From Macrostomum lignano (taxonomy: Eukaryota), in NCBI GenBank assembly GCA_002269645.1, contig NIVC01003615.1:23620-87619 (forward strand): a stretch of DNA of 64,000 nt. The letters run 5' to 3'. A program made the translations under genes and the position numbers. Below are positions 31,151 through 45,530 of this stretch, in pieces. The notes below the pieces were generated by a model. That model was given only the letters and a program-made list of their open reading frames with translations, did not search any database and was not told where the DNA came from. Numbering within the stretch: the first letter of the stretch is position 1; each line of letters begins with the position of its first letter.

Positions 31151-31485
31151 GGGTGCAATCTTTGTCTTTGCATGCTTGACACCCCAGCAGGACTTTGGCA
31201 CAAAGTTTTCAAGAGAAATGATGGTATGAAATCCATGGTATTCTCTAAATCTCAGTTTCAGACGAAAATGAAACTCTCTGAGTTGGACTGTTTATATATA
31301 TAGTGGTCTAAATTTAGCAACAGTTGTTTCGAAGCTCGCTTTACATCTAGGCACAATTTTACCTGAAGTTTTTTCTACAGTAGAAGACGCAAACAAATAA
31401 ATGCTTGCTTATAAACTTCAGGTGTTTTATAAAATCGACAAGCATATAATTTTGTATTAAGTTCCTTTTCTTCATAATAATGTCG

Positions 31486-31836
31486 ACGGGTAAATGTCGG
31501 TGGGTAAATGTCAGTGGGTAAATGTCGGTGGGTAAATGTCGGTGGGTAAATGTCGGTGGGTAAATGTCGGTGGGTAAATGTCGGTGGGTAAATGTCGGTG
31601 GGTAAATGTCGGTGAGTAAATGTCGGTGGGTAAATGTCGGTGAGTAAATGTCGGTGGGTAAATGTCGGTGGGTAAATGTCGGTGGGTAAATGTCGGTGGG
31701 TAAATGTCGGTGGGTAAATGTCGGTGAGTAAATGTCGGTGGGTAAATGTCGGTGGGTAAATGTCGGTGGGTAAATGTCGGTGGGTAAATGTCGGTGGGTA
31801 AATGTCGGTGGGTAAATGTCGGTGGGTGAATGTCGA
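31486..31836. repeat. 14-bp minisatellite (GGGTAAATGTCGGT)
   Basis: About 25 copies. Confidence 0.95.
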
Positions 31837-32299
31837 TGGGAAAACTGTTCCAGAAACATATAAGCATGAGTTTGGATTCCATCGGGTCGAGAGACTAAAA
31901 AGCTCACATTCTCATTATTTACTGAATTTTCTTAGCACTCGTTCTGCTCTCTTTCTCAGTCTCAAGTTCCACTAGGGCGAAATTCGCGGCCTCAACGCTG
32001 GCTAAATTTGGCAACAACAAAAAATTTTTCTTTCGCTTTGAGACCCCGTGCAGAGTGAGTGCAGTTTGACTAAAGCAACTACCCGATGAGTCACACAGCT
32101 GCCCAGTCTGCTGCATCCTGAGTGCTGCGAGGCTTAAGCAAAAATTTATTTAAATTGCAAATGTATAAATATATCTTTGCACATAAAGATGCTGCTTAAG
32201 TGCCACTAAGCTGACGAAAACAGGTGAGGGGAACCTCAGCTTTGGGGAACTTCAGCCTGGCCTAGTTGTACTGCTTTCCAATTCCTTCATTTGAATTTG

Positions 32300-33130
32300 G
32301 GATTGTGAAGCTTGGGGATCGTGACGATTGAGGATTGTGAAGATTGGGGATTGTAAAGATTGGGGATTGGGGATTGGTGAAGATTGGGGATTGTGAATAG
32401 AGGATTGTGAAGATTGAGGATTGTGAAGCTGGGGATTGTGAAGCTGGGGATTGTGAAGATTGTGGATTGTGAAGATTGGGGATTGGGGATTGGTGAAGAT
32501 TGGGGATTGTGAATAGAGGATTGTGAAGATTGAGGATTGTGAAGCTGGGGATTGTGAAGCTGGGGATTGTGAAGATTGGGGATTGTGAAGATTGGGGATT
32601 GTGAAGATTGGGGATCGTGAAGATTGAGGATTGTGAAGATTGGGGATTGTAAAGCTGGGGATTGTGAAGCTGGGGATTGTGAAGATTGGGGATTGTAAAG
32701 CTGGGGATTGTGAAGCTGGGGATTGTGAAGATTGGAGATTGTAAAGCTGGGGATTGTGAAGCTGGGGATTGTGAAGATTGGGGATTGTGAAGATTGGGGA
32801 TTGTGAAGCTGGGGATTGTGAAGATTGGGGATTGTGAAGATTTAGGATTGTGAAGGTTGGGGATTGTGAAGTTTGGGGATTGTGAAGATTGAGGATTGTG
32901 AAGGTTGGGGATTGTGAAGTTTGGGGATTGTGAAGATTGGGATTATTGAAGATTTAGGATTGTGAAGGTTGGGGATTGTGAAGGTTGGGGATTGTGAAGG
33001 TTGGGGATTGTGAAGGTTGGGGATTGTGAAGGTTGGGGATTGTGAAGGTTGGGGATTGTGAAGGTTGGGGATTGTGAAGGTTGGGGATTGTGAAGGTTGG
33101 GGATTGTGAAGGTTGGGGATTGTGAAGATT
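32300..33130. repeat. 14-bp minisatellite (GGGGATTGTGAAGA/GTT type)
   Basis: Read directly. Confidence 0.95.
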
Positions 33131-33372
33131 AGATTTTGTGAAGACGAGATTAGAAAAGATCAAAGATTAGATGAACCAATAAATTAGTCATCTTTGCTTT
33201 AGTTAGTTCGGTATCAGCTGCCAGAAGTTTCCCCAAATAGGTGTCAATCGTTGCCGAACTTTGCTCCAAGAAAAGAACCGCTTTTCGAAAACGAAGTTCG
33301 AGTTTGCAATTTTCGTAATTAAGCAATTTCAGCAGCAATAAATTATATTTCCGAGTCGCGAAGCAATTCTCT

Positions 33373-33764
33373 CCATTTATGGCCCCCAGCTGAGAATGAT
33401 GGCTACGCTCGGTGCTGGAGGCGGCTGGCCTGGAGACCTCTGGAGGCTGTTTTTTCGGAGGGGTTTCGTCGGGGTGGGCGGTCGAAAATAAATAAAGCTG
33501 GCCAGAGAGAAGCGGCTGGCGTGAGCGAGCTGGGGCCGGCGGGCACCGGCGGGAACGGGGCTGTTGGCCCCCACCCCGCCGCCCTGCCACGTCAGCTTGC
33601 AGCCGAGGTCTCGACCAGTTGGCCTGGAGGGGTGGGGGGGGGGTAAAAGACAGAAGTTGAGCACAATAGTAAGACAACATCGGGCACAATGAGGCAAGCA
33701 TCTCAATGCCCAAATTTGGCAATGGAAGCGAAGCCCATCAAAATTGCGCCAAGTCCAAATATGG
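33373..33764 (+). promoter_or_regulatory. Three CArG boxes (SRF sites) upstream of actin
   Basis: CCATTTATGG 33373-33382, CCAAATTTGG 33710-33719 and CCAAATATGG 33755-33764 all fit CC(A/T)6GG. CArG boxes are established elements of actin promoters. Confidence 0.7.
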
Positions 33765-33883
33765 CAATGGACCGCCGGGCCGGCGCGGCCTACAAATAGG
33801 CGCTACTCGGAGCAGCCGAGCCACTCCTCACTGCCACAGCCACCTGCGCTAAATCTATCAGTTTCTATAAGCCAACTCGCTAA

Positions 33884-35134
<1,251 letters not shown>

Positions 35135-36011
35135 ACTCCCCGCCTGCGCGTGACTTTAAATGAAATTAATTTACATTCATGTTGCATCTCGTCTTACTCG
35201 GAATCAGACGCACTTTTGCACTAAATCAATAAACAGACTTTGACAGCCGTCAGCTGGCCAATTAGCTCGGTTTTTTTTGTAATGCCACGCTTAAAAACAA
35301 TTTTTGTATAATAAGCAACGCACTGACTTGGTTTCGTGGTTCCTACTGTTTTTATAAACTATACTCAGCGACATAAAAAAGTCGCCATCACAGAAGATTC
35401 CGTCTGTGGTCGCCACTTTTGAGAGTGCAGGTAAAGCTTCTCAATCTTTGCGAGTGACGCAACTTAGCTACGCCGCGATAGACTTGACGCCGCGTTGGAC
35501 GGATTAATGCTACCTCGATCAGTTTTCTCATACTTCAGTTATCTTTTATTTCAGAATAGTCCAAGAGAAGTTACTCGCTGGCGCATATAGTGGCGATTTT
35601 TCGATGTTGCTGAGTATATATCTGATATTACAACAATATGAGCTCAATTTTACAAATTGAGAGGGCAACTACTATAGGACGGCTAACGTATTTAGTAAGT
35701 TTAGCCCTCTAAGTCCTAAGTAGCAACCAGTTCAAGCAGATTAATACAGAACTATCGCCGACATGCACACCTGCTATTCACGCCGAGTTCCTACAGCGCA
35801 CGCTATATCTACAACCTGTACTGAGCTGAGCAGACTTAACCTCTAGCATAGTTGGGTCAAAACTGATACGGCGGGTTGAGTACACGCTTGTAGAGGCGCA
35901 CGCAGCGCTCATTCGATCTTAAATATGCGTGCGTAAAGGTTAGAAGCCAACTCTGCACTGTGACTGGAATCTGCAGCCGCTGATCTAAACTTTTAGCTGC
36001 AGTTGGCAAAA

Positions 36012-36896
36012 ATGTCGCTTAACTGGAAAGACTGGATTACGCCCAGATATTCCGCCGATGCCATCGTGCAGAAGGTGGCCGAAGAATTTGAATACTTTGA
36101 CGATGACATTGTGGTGTCCACCTACCATAAGTCTGGGACGACACTAACGCAGGAGATGATCTCCTGTCTGATTCTGGGGCCGGAGAAGACTAAGAACACG
36201 GCACTCCTGCGCAGGTCGCCCTTCATCGATTTCTACAAGCACCTGCCCAGAGACCCCATGGAAGAGGCGCGAACGCTTCCCAGGCCGCGGGTGCTCAAAA
36301 CCCACCTGCCGCCGGCCTTCCACATGCGTCATTTGAGCGACCGTTCTCCCGACGTGGGACCTAAGAACGTCATTGTCATTCGCAACCCCAAAGACGTTGT
36401 TGTGTCGGCCTTTCACCACTTCACCGGGACGAAACTGTTCGACGGCAAGCCGATTCCGGACAAGTTTTCCGAGTACTGGCGCAGCGCCATCTTCCAGCCG
36501 GGGAACGTCTCGCACCACGACATTTTCGACTTCAACCGGTCCTGGTGGTCGTTTAAGGACCACCCGAGGGTCTTCGTGCTGTTCTACGAAGACATCGTGC
36601 GGAACAAAGCAGATCAAGTCCGAAAACTGGCCAAGTTTTTGGGAGTCGAGCTCACCGACGAGCTGCTCGAGGCCACCCTGGACCTCACCAGTTTCCAGAC
36701 TATGCGGGAGAACCCTAACGTGAACTACTCCATTGCCGAGAGGGCCAAGGATGATTGGAAGCCGGGCAGCAACTTCATTCGCAAGGGCGAGATCGGCGAC
36801 TGGAAGAATCACTTTACAGTAGCCGAGAACGAGGAGTTCGACCGGTACATCGCGGAGCGGATGCGCGGCTGCGACTTGAAGTTCACGTTTGAATGA
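36012..36896 (+). CDS. Cytosolic sulfotransferase (SULT1-like), intronless, 294 aa
   Basis: TYHKSGTT (5'-PSB loop), KTHLP (catalytic His), RNPKDVVVS (3'-PB), FIRKGEIGDWKNHFT. Confidence 0.95.
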   Translation: MSLNWKDWITPRYSADAIVQKVAEEFEYFDDDIVVSTYHKSGTTLTQEMISCLILGPEKTKNTALLRRSPFIDFYKHLPRDPMEEARTLPRPRVLKTHLPPAFHMRHLSDRSPDVGPKNVIVIRNPKDVVVSAFHHFTGTKLFDGKPIPDKFSEYWRSAIFQPGNVSHHDIFDFNRSWWSFKDHPRVFVLFYEDIVRNKADQVRKLAKFLGVELTDELLEATLDLTSFQTMRENPNVNYSIAERAKDDWKPGSNFIRKGEIGDWKNHFTVAENEEFDRYIAERMRGCDLKFTFE

Positions 36897-37599
36897 GTTT
36901 ACATGTATGTGGAGCAGCAGAAAACTTTTTATATTTCTGGGTGCCTGGCTATCATAGAGCATTGCTACATTTTGATATCTTGATTTGATTTGCTGACACT
37001 TATTGCAATTGACAGCATCGGACAGCATCCGATTCAAAAAAGACTCAAACTGCACGAGTGATGAATGGAGTCTGAAGCTGTATGAAAATAAATGGAAAAA
37101 TGAAAAAAACCGAAACTGCCGTGTTTATTAATTTGCGTTTCGAATGGTTTGGAACTTTAATAGTTCTTTTTGGTTTTGACTACTAAGCATAAAACTGAAT
37201 CCATCAAGCGTAGGCGATGAGTCCAATTTTACAATTGCGAATTATAGACACCAAACTGATTCGCATTGAGCATTCAGCCATCATTGGAAGTCGCACGTAT
37301 AGAGCCAACAAAACTTTATATGCTGAGTATGATCTCAGCTTCCGCGCAGCAGTTGCGGCATACAAAAGGCCAGCAAGTGCAGTCATCATCTACCATGTTC
37401 GCACCTTTTGTTCACCTTTCAGTGAATGTAGATGCTGCAGAATGAACTCTCTAGCATAAAATCAGCTCACTTAGCCCAGTCACCTACAACGTAACTCTGG
37501 AGATCTCTCGAAAAGGCTGAGACATCTCATGAAGGAGCGCCTGTTCAGTATAATTGTTATGGCAGCACTGCTTTTAGCTAGTGATTGACAGCGGCGGGC

Positions 37600-39165
37600 T
37601 CAGCCAGTCTATCTGACTCCCAGATCACCTAATCTATCTGACTCTCAACCAATCTATCGGACTCTCACCCAAACTATCAGACTCTCACCCAATCCATCAG
37701 ACTCTCATCCAATCTATCGGACTCTCATCCAATCTATCTGACTCTCACCCAAACTATCGGACTCTCATCCAATCTATCTGACTCTCACCCAATCTATCGG
37801 ACTCTCATCCAAACTATCGGACTCTCATCCAATCTATCTGACTCTCACCCAATCTATCAGACACTCACACCCAATCTATCTGACTCTCAACCAATCTATC
37901 TGACTCTCACCCAATCTATCGAACTCTCATCCAATCTATCGAACTCTCACCCAATCTATCGGACTCTCACCCAATCTATCGGACTCTCACGGAATCTATC
38001 TGACTCTCACCCAATCTATCAGACTCTCACAGAATTTATCTGACTCTCACCCAATCTATCAGACTCTCACCCAATCTATCGGACTCTCACCCAAACTATC
38101 AGACTCTCATCCAATCTATCAGACTCTCACCGAAACTATCGGACTCTCATCCAATCTATCTGACTCTCACCCAATCTATCGGACTCTCAACCAATCTATC
38201 GGACTCTCACCCAATCTATCGAACTCTCATCCAATCTATCGAACTCTCACCCAATCTATCGGACTCTCACCCAATCTATCGAACTCTCAACCAATCTATC
38301 GAACTCTCATCCAATCTATCGGACTCTCACCCAATCTATCGGACTCTCATCCAATCTATCTGACTCTCACCCAATCTATCCGACTCTCACCCAATCTATC
38401 GGACTCTCACCCAAACTATCAGACTCTCACCCAATCTATCAGACTCTCATCCAATCTATCGGACTCTCACCCAATCTATCGGACTCTCACGTAAACTATC
38501 AGACTCTCACCAAATCTATCAGAATCTCACCCAATCTATCTGACTCTCATCCAATCTACCAGACTCTCATCCAATCTGACTCTCACCCAATCTATCAGAC
38601 ACTCACACCCAAACTATCGGACTCTAACCCAATCTATCGGACTCTCAACCAAACTATCAGACTCTCACCCAATCTATCAGACTCTCACCCAATCTATCAG
38701 ACTCTCACCCAAACTATCGGACTCTCACCCAATCTATCGGACTCTCACCCAATCTATCAGACACTCACACCCAATCTATCTGACTCTCACCCAATCTACC
38801 AGACTCTCATCCAATCTGTCTGACTCTCACCCAATCTATCAGACTCTCACCCAAACTATCGGACTCTCACCCAATCTATCGGACTCTCACCCAATCTATC
38901 AGACACTCACACCCAATCTATCGGACTCTCACCCAATCTATCGGACTCTCACCCAATCTATCAGACACTCACCCAATCTATCTGACTCTCACCCAATCTA
39001 CCAGACTCTCATCCAATCTGTCTGACTCTCACCCAATCTACCAGACTCTCATCCAATCTGTCTGACTCTCACCCAATCTATCAGACTCTCACACAATCTA
39101 TCGGACTCTCACCCAAACTATCGGACTCTCACCCAATCTATCGGACTCACACCCAATCTATCGGA
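37600..39165. repeat. 20-bp minisatellite (CCAATCTATCGGACTCTCAC)
   Basis: Roughly 78 variant copies in the SULT-PSMB5 intergenic region. Confidence 0.96.
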
Positions 39166-39615
39166 CTTTGTATTAAGCATGAAAATCAGATTCTAGTGTG
39201 CGACCATTTCGAGTTTGAAATGACTCAAACAAAAAATAATGCAATAACAAACTAAAATCATGTTTTACTTGAACAAACGAGCGAAATAGCACTAAGCCTT
39301 TAATTATTAATCATTTCTTATATTTCCATTTTAGACAGTACAGAACAGTCGGTTTAAGATTACAAAGACGGCAAATAAGAAAGTAAACACAAGTACTTGC
39401 TTTATCGCTGGATAGCCACATAGTTTCATTAGCGTTTTAAAGCCTAAAGGGGCAAACTAGATTACTAGTAGTAGTATTTTTTATCAGACGTTAGCGGGCG
39501 CTGAGACGCAGGAAAACCTTCTAGTTGGGCTGAATAAGTAAATTGGGATAAACTAAAGCATAGCATAGAACAATATTGATGCTTCAAACAAGAGTTCCGC
39601 CGGGCTCCGTCCCGG

Positions 39616-42600
39616 TCACTCAGCAGCCACCGGGTTGTACTGATAGTGCAGATTGGCCGTGTCGTAATTGCCGATGAACTTCCAGCCGTCGGGTTTCACC
39701 AGGTACAGGTTGTTGCTGTTGCCGCTGCCGATGTCGCGGTAGGTGGCATGGTAGATGGCCCGCCTGCCCAGCTCGAGGGCCTCATCGTCGGTCATGTCCC
39801 AGCGGTAGCAGGTGTCCAACACTCCGTAGGCGTAGGTAGAGCCGGAGCCCACGGCGAACAGGTTGCCGGAGTGCCTGGTGCCGTCATCGTCAACATAGTA
39901 GAGGCCTGGGCCTTTCTTGTCCCAGCCGACAATCATGGTGCCGATGCTGAGGCCGTAGCCTTTGTAGTTGTACAGAATATTCGCCAGCAGCTTGGAGGCG
40001 GCGGCAACGCTGATGCGCTCCTGCGTGCGTGGGAGAGGTGCAAAATATGCTCGATGAAGACGGTACTTGGGAAAGAATCATCCCTGAGGCGCTACAGGTG
40101 ACATACGTAAAATTGGAAAGAAGAAGCTTGAGATGACTTTAAAACCACGAGATGTCACGGTAAAAGTCGCCAAAAATCGTCAAAGAGTCGCCTAAGAGTC
40201 ACTTTGTTATTGCCTGCGACTTTGGAAAAACACAATGGGTAGCGTATTTGAACGGTATTCTCAACTGAGGTATTTTCGGTTAGCTAAATTTAACTATCAA
40301 CCCCGCAACAAGTGCGCAACCTATTTTGCTCTCACTTAGAAGAAATTCAATTCAAATTCTGTCATGGCTACTCTTCAGTAGACGAGTGGCTGCAACTTAC
40401 AGATCTAGCACAGGTGAAAGATCTGGGTGCCCAAGCTGCTCACCTTATTTCGCAGCTCATACAGCCAGCACTCCTGGCTGAGCACTCGCTGCCAGAACTG
40501 GCAGTCCGCAGCGCCACCAGCCATTGTGCCCAGCAAGAACGGGTTGATCTCGATCACTTTCTTCACAGTGCCTGAGGCGATGTAGGCACCAGCTGAGGCG
40601 CGACTGTCAACAGACACCACAATGCCATTGGAGTATTTGAAGGCCAGACAGGTGGTGCCGTGGTTGAAGTTGATGCGCAAGTTGCCACTCTGCAGTCCGT
40701 GCTTGACTGGCTGGAGGCAGCTCTGTTGGTAATTGATAGCAAATAAATTCATCAATTTTAAATCAACAAAACTACTATAAGTACTGAGTTTCTTTTGGTA
40801 TTGAACAGTACCATATGTCAGTTGGTACAGTGTCAAGAAATATGTTAACCAGTGCAATATCTTTGGTTTTTCAATTCACTTAGCAGATCAATAGAACTTT
40901 ATTATGGGTAGTCCTGCATTTAGTCATTAACAAATTAATTATATAGTTTGGGCTTATTTATCAAAAAATGAATTAGATTTAGGGTTATTAATGAATAAAT
41001 TAATTCTAAACTTGGGCTTGGGCAAATTATTTATGGTCATAGACTTGGTTCATATATTTTTACTTGCATTTATGCAACAATTTATTGTGAAAGTTAATGA
41101 AGATAATATGTAGGCTCTAATCAACTTTTTTTGCTTTTTTTGCCAGTTGTTAGGCTAATTTCTCAGTAATATGCTAAAAAAGTAATCAACCACCTATTAA
41201 AAAAGCTTAGAGTTTTTAGATTAATATTTGATAAAAACTTTATACTATAATATAGATGAGATATTTAGGCTAATATCTCTGTAATATAATATGCTAAAAA
41301 GTAAAACTACTTATTAAAATGCTCAGAGCATTTAGACTAATATGAGTAGTTGATGTGTTTTGCACTGTATGGTGCATCTTCAGGTTTATTTTCTTAGAAT
41401 GAAAAAAACCAAGGCTAACAATAACAAATATTTGTGTGATACAGAAAAAATTGATGAGTAATTAATTATTCTATACAGTAAATTTGTTTAAACATCAATA
41501 GGCAGGTCGGGGGAAGAATTTTTGGCAGAGCAGTGCAGTCCATAGTTGGCATTCTCTTTCAAAACTTAAAAAAACACGGAGAACATGGCCCACGCCAGCA
41601 TGTTGGAGCTGAATGTTGAGGTTGGGGGACAAAGCTTGTGTGCATGGCCTCAAGAATATTAAGTTTATAATCAGATGTACATTGGTCAATAATTATAAAG
41701 CATTCATTAGGAATGCTATTGGAGTAGCTATTGCATTCTAAGAGGTAGGTTTGAATGGCCAATGGCTTGAGCCAGTGCTCTCTGGTTCTGGTATGTAAGT
41801 GTATTTTTGTTTTCCCTACATAGGAGACACTCTGGTTACCAAAGCAGTTGAAACAGTAGACAATACCTGCATGCAGAGCACATGGCACATGTGACTTCAA
41901 ATGGCCAACAAAATCACTAATTTTGGATGAATGAAAGATAATACAGATTTTAATTTTCTGTTAAGCATGTTGTTGAAAAGTTTGCTGATTTTGCTTTTAA
42001 AGATAAGAGATGGATAACCAAAGAAAAGAAAAACAATGATCAGTTCATTGGGGTTGATGTTTTCAGCTTTACTGGTTTGTTGTGGGTTGACTTTTTTGGT
42101 AATTAATTTATTGATGTTGTAGTGGATGAAGACAAGTGGGTAGCTATTTTGTTTGAGGTTTTGGTTAAGGTTTTGACTTCTTGGTTGAAGTTGATCCAGG
42201 TGTTGCAGACAGTAAAAGCTCTGTGAAGCAAACATTTGATCAAACTGGACTTCTGCTGTCTAGGGCACAATGCTTGATAGTTGAGAATGAGATTGGTAAA
42301 GGTTTTTGCAAAATACTTTAGTAGAGAGATTACCACTATTGAAATCAATTTCAATTTCAATGTCAAGGAATAAAAGTTTTTGGTCAGGAGTGGTTTCAAT
42401 GGCAGAATTTGACGTTTTCATGTGTGGAGTTAAGAGTATCAAAGAAACAGTCTAGTTTGTTTTTGAAATCAAGGATAGCAAAAGTGTCATCAACATAATG
42501 TCTATAGAATTTTGGGGCAGTTGAGGGATCACTAGGTGTTGGTTTCTAAATGGGTCATGCAAGAGTAGGGGCAGGGACTTCCTATAGCATAGCCTTCAAT

Positions 42601-43156
42601 TTGCTAGTAGTAATTGTTTCTAAACATGAGAATTCCTAAGGTTGCTAATTCAAGGAGTTTTTTAAGGAGGCCTTAGGTAAGGATTTCATCACTTTTTACA
42701 ACTTTTTACATATTTTTTCCTAATAATATAAACTCTTCAGTGTGCTTTTATAAGGTGCATACCAAGTGTTCATACACATTTTCTTAGGAGTGATGCATGC
42801 CAACTGTTCACACCTACTTTTGGCATGCAAGGCCAATGCAAGCCTAATTTTTTGCATACTATATTATCCAGAGTGAGGACTACACTAGCTAGGTCCATGC
42901 TAGATTTGGACATTCATGAAAAATGAAACACTTATAATAAATTAGTTCTAAAAATAAAAAATGCTTTTATTTTTAAAGGCGTTTTTCTTGGTTTTTTAAC
43001 TAATAAAAATTTATATAAATGCAATTTTAGACATACCTTTGCTTCTGTTGGAATTTCTAACATGGTAGAAAATTTAGTACTTAGATCAGGCACAATATCA
43101 GGCCTTTTCCTTTCCATATTTTGAAAGGCTACACCACACACTGTTTCAAGAGCCAT
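39616..43156 (-). CDS. PSMB5: Proteasome subunit beta type-5 precursor, 267 aa
   Basis: complement join(39616..40020,40444..40722,43037..43156), all phase 0. Propeptide MALETVCG..., cleavage site HG|TTCLAF, with T1, D17, K33 and M45 present, plus GSGS. Confidence 0.95.
41600..42900 (-). mobile_element. Degenerate Penelope-like retroelement in PSMB5 intron 1
   Basis: Minus-strand remnants: [14 protein letters not shown] (42486-42497), LLFLDIEI...[18 protein letters not shown], and the GIY-YIG-type YCFNC...[17 protein letters not shown]; multiple frameshifts. Confidence 0.85.
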
Positions 43157-43523
43157 TTTAGATTAAAAACACGAACTACTTATTAGTACTTGATGCTACT
43201 AATAAAAAGATCACTGCTACAGTGCTACTACTTGAATATTCTTAACTGTGCTTCAATTAAAATTCAGACTTAAGTAATCAGTATAACTGCGAAAACATTT
43301 GGCTTTCTTACAAAATTATTACTGTGCAAAAAAGCAAAATATCAAAGTGTTGCACCTTACAATAGAAATACTTGTCTCTAGGTAACTTTTATAATTTCTC
43401 TGATATTTAGTGCCAAAAAGTGTTTAAAGTCAAGTTTAAATTTGTTTTACACATGCCATAAAAGTTTGATCCTTCTAATTTTCCATGAAGTAATCAAGAA
43501 GTCAATTGTCCAGCCCGTAAATT

Positions 43524-43708
43524 AAAGCTTCATGCTCGAGAACTATTCGAGAAAAACTGATGTTCCTATCTCCACGGCACAGCGTAATAAATTGATGCTG
43601 AAAAAAAACTGATAGCAAGCAGAAGTACTCAAAATTGAATATCAGTCTAATACACTGTGGAGATAGGAACATCAGTTTTTCTCGAATAGTTCTCGAGCAT
43701 GAAGCTTT
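43524..43708. repeat. Perfect 52-bp inverted repeat with an 81-bp spacer (MITE/foldback-like)
   Basis: 43524-43575 is the exact reverse complement of 43657-43708. Confidence 0.9.
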
Positions 43709-45530
43709 GAGCTCAGTTTGAGTTATGCTAATCGATTAGTGTCTGGGTGAAGTCCTGCATGTCAATTTTCAGCGACAAAGTCAAAGGGCATACAGAAGTA
43801 CTCGAAATCGAATATCAATTTTTTTTACACTGTGGATATAGGGAAGCACTAGTTTTTGGCAAATTGTAAAAAATCCTTTCAATCTGTAGCCATAATTTTT
43901 TTAAGTCGGTTTATCTCATGGGTGATGTTTCTTCTGTAAAAAATCATGGCGTTTAGTGCTTTAAAACAGAGATTTTTGTTATTTCCAAATATCAATCTTG
44001 AATATCGCTCGGGGAATCCCTGCATAGCCCGTAAATGAGTGCCTCACTGCTTTTTACTAGCATGACAACATCATAAAATAAAATCGCTGCTCATGACCTA
44101 CTGATTTGCAGCAGACAGAGACACCTTTTGACCAACAAAAGGAACTGCGCTTGAGTTGGTCTAAAAGAGACTCTACTTTACTTCTGCTCTACTACTGCTT
44201 TACTACTTTTTGTAGGCTAGGCCTGGGTGCACTTCAACAATTTTAATGAAATTTTTATTGTAGAGCCCAGATTAATGCTTGATTTTGGTTTTCAAAACTC
44301 TTAGCTTAGCTCACTCACCTAACTAGGTGGTTTTGGAACAAGCTTTTCCTGCATAGCTTTGTGTTGTAGGTTGGATTTCTTTTCATAGCATGGGGACACT
44401 AGTAGTAATTAATGCCAATGGCAACAAAATCAAAAAGTTTTGAAATAAATAAAAACTATACTATTGATATGTGAGAATAGCTAATTAAAATGGCTAGGTA
44501 CACTAGTTAAAAGCAGTTCAAATTGTTTATATAAAATATTTTTAAAGAATTAAATTTTGGAAAAGAAAAGTAATGGTTTTTTTTATTAAAACTTGAACTT
44601 TTTTTCCAAGATTAAATTATGCTTCAACTATACTTAAGCACCATAGTCTGGAAGGTGGCCTTTATGCCAGAAATTCCAGCATATTGTTGCCCTTGTTAAC
44701 AATTTTGGCATACATTTGGCATATAGAATTTTCAGGTTCAACATTAAGTGTACACACTTGGCATACAAAAAATGGCACATATAGCAAATATGGATATAGT
44801 ATAGTTAGTTAAATGTCAACCAAGGAAAGCTCTCTTCAAAATAATTGAAAACAAAGAAAATAATGGTGCTATATATAAGGAGAACAAAAATAAAATAAAG
44901 AATAATAGTTTCTAGTAGATAACAGAGCCTTTAAGTTTAGTAAAACTTTTATTTCTAAAAAATCTTCCCTTTAAAATTGGCATATAACCTAAGCAACTTT
45001 ATGCTTGGTATAATTTTTTTAAATTCAATATTGGCAGTAAAAATAGAATTATCATTCCAGCATATACCTGCTATGATCCAGACTATGGCTTAAGCATTAG
45101 GGTTGCAATTTATAAATACTTAGCATTTGTTCAGTTCTAAGTGTTAGTCTTTTGTTATAATTCTATAATATAATGGCACTTTCAACTATAGAACCATTTA
45201 AAATTTGCACTTTTATAATAGTATAGCAAGAATCTAGGATATTTCTCTATGGTATTAACTGGCTATAACTGCTTGAAATAGATTACTACATGAGTTTTAT
45301 GATTGCAATTGGACATATTGTCTATATTTATAGTTAGTTTTAAATAGTTTATTCTGCTAAAATAGGTTTCCAATATGTAAACTGAATTTGGAGCTAATAA
45401 TTGAATTGATTTATTAATTACATACTCATCATTTGGCTACCTTGCATGTCCTGTTGCTGCACATATTTAGACAGGATATTTTGAAGTGAAATTCCTTAGG
45501 ATTGATAAAAAATTGCATGCAAACAGAAAG

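Noticed and set aside
33150-33722. 190-aa minus-strand ORF upstream of actin
   Set aside because: It overlaps the CArG-containing actin promoter, has no recognisable motif and shows no coding-like codon bias.
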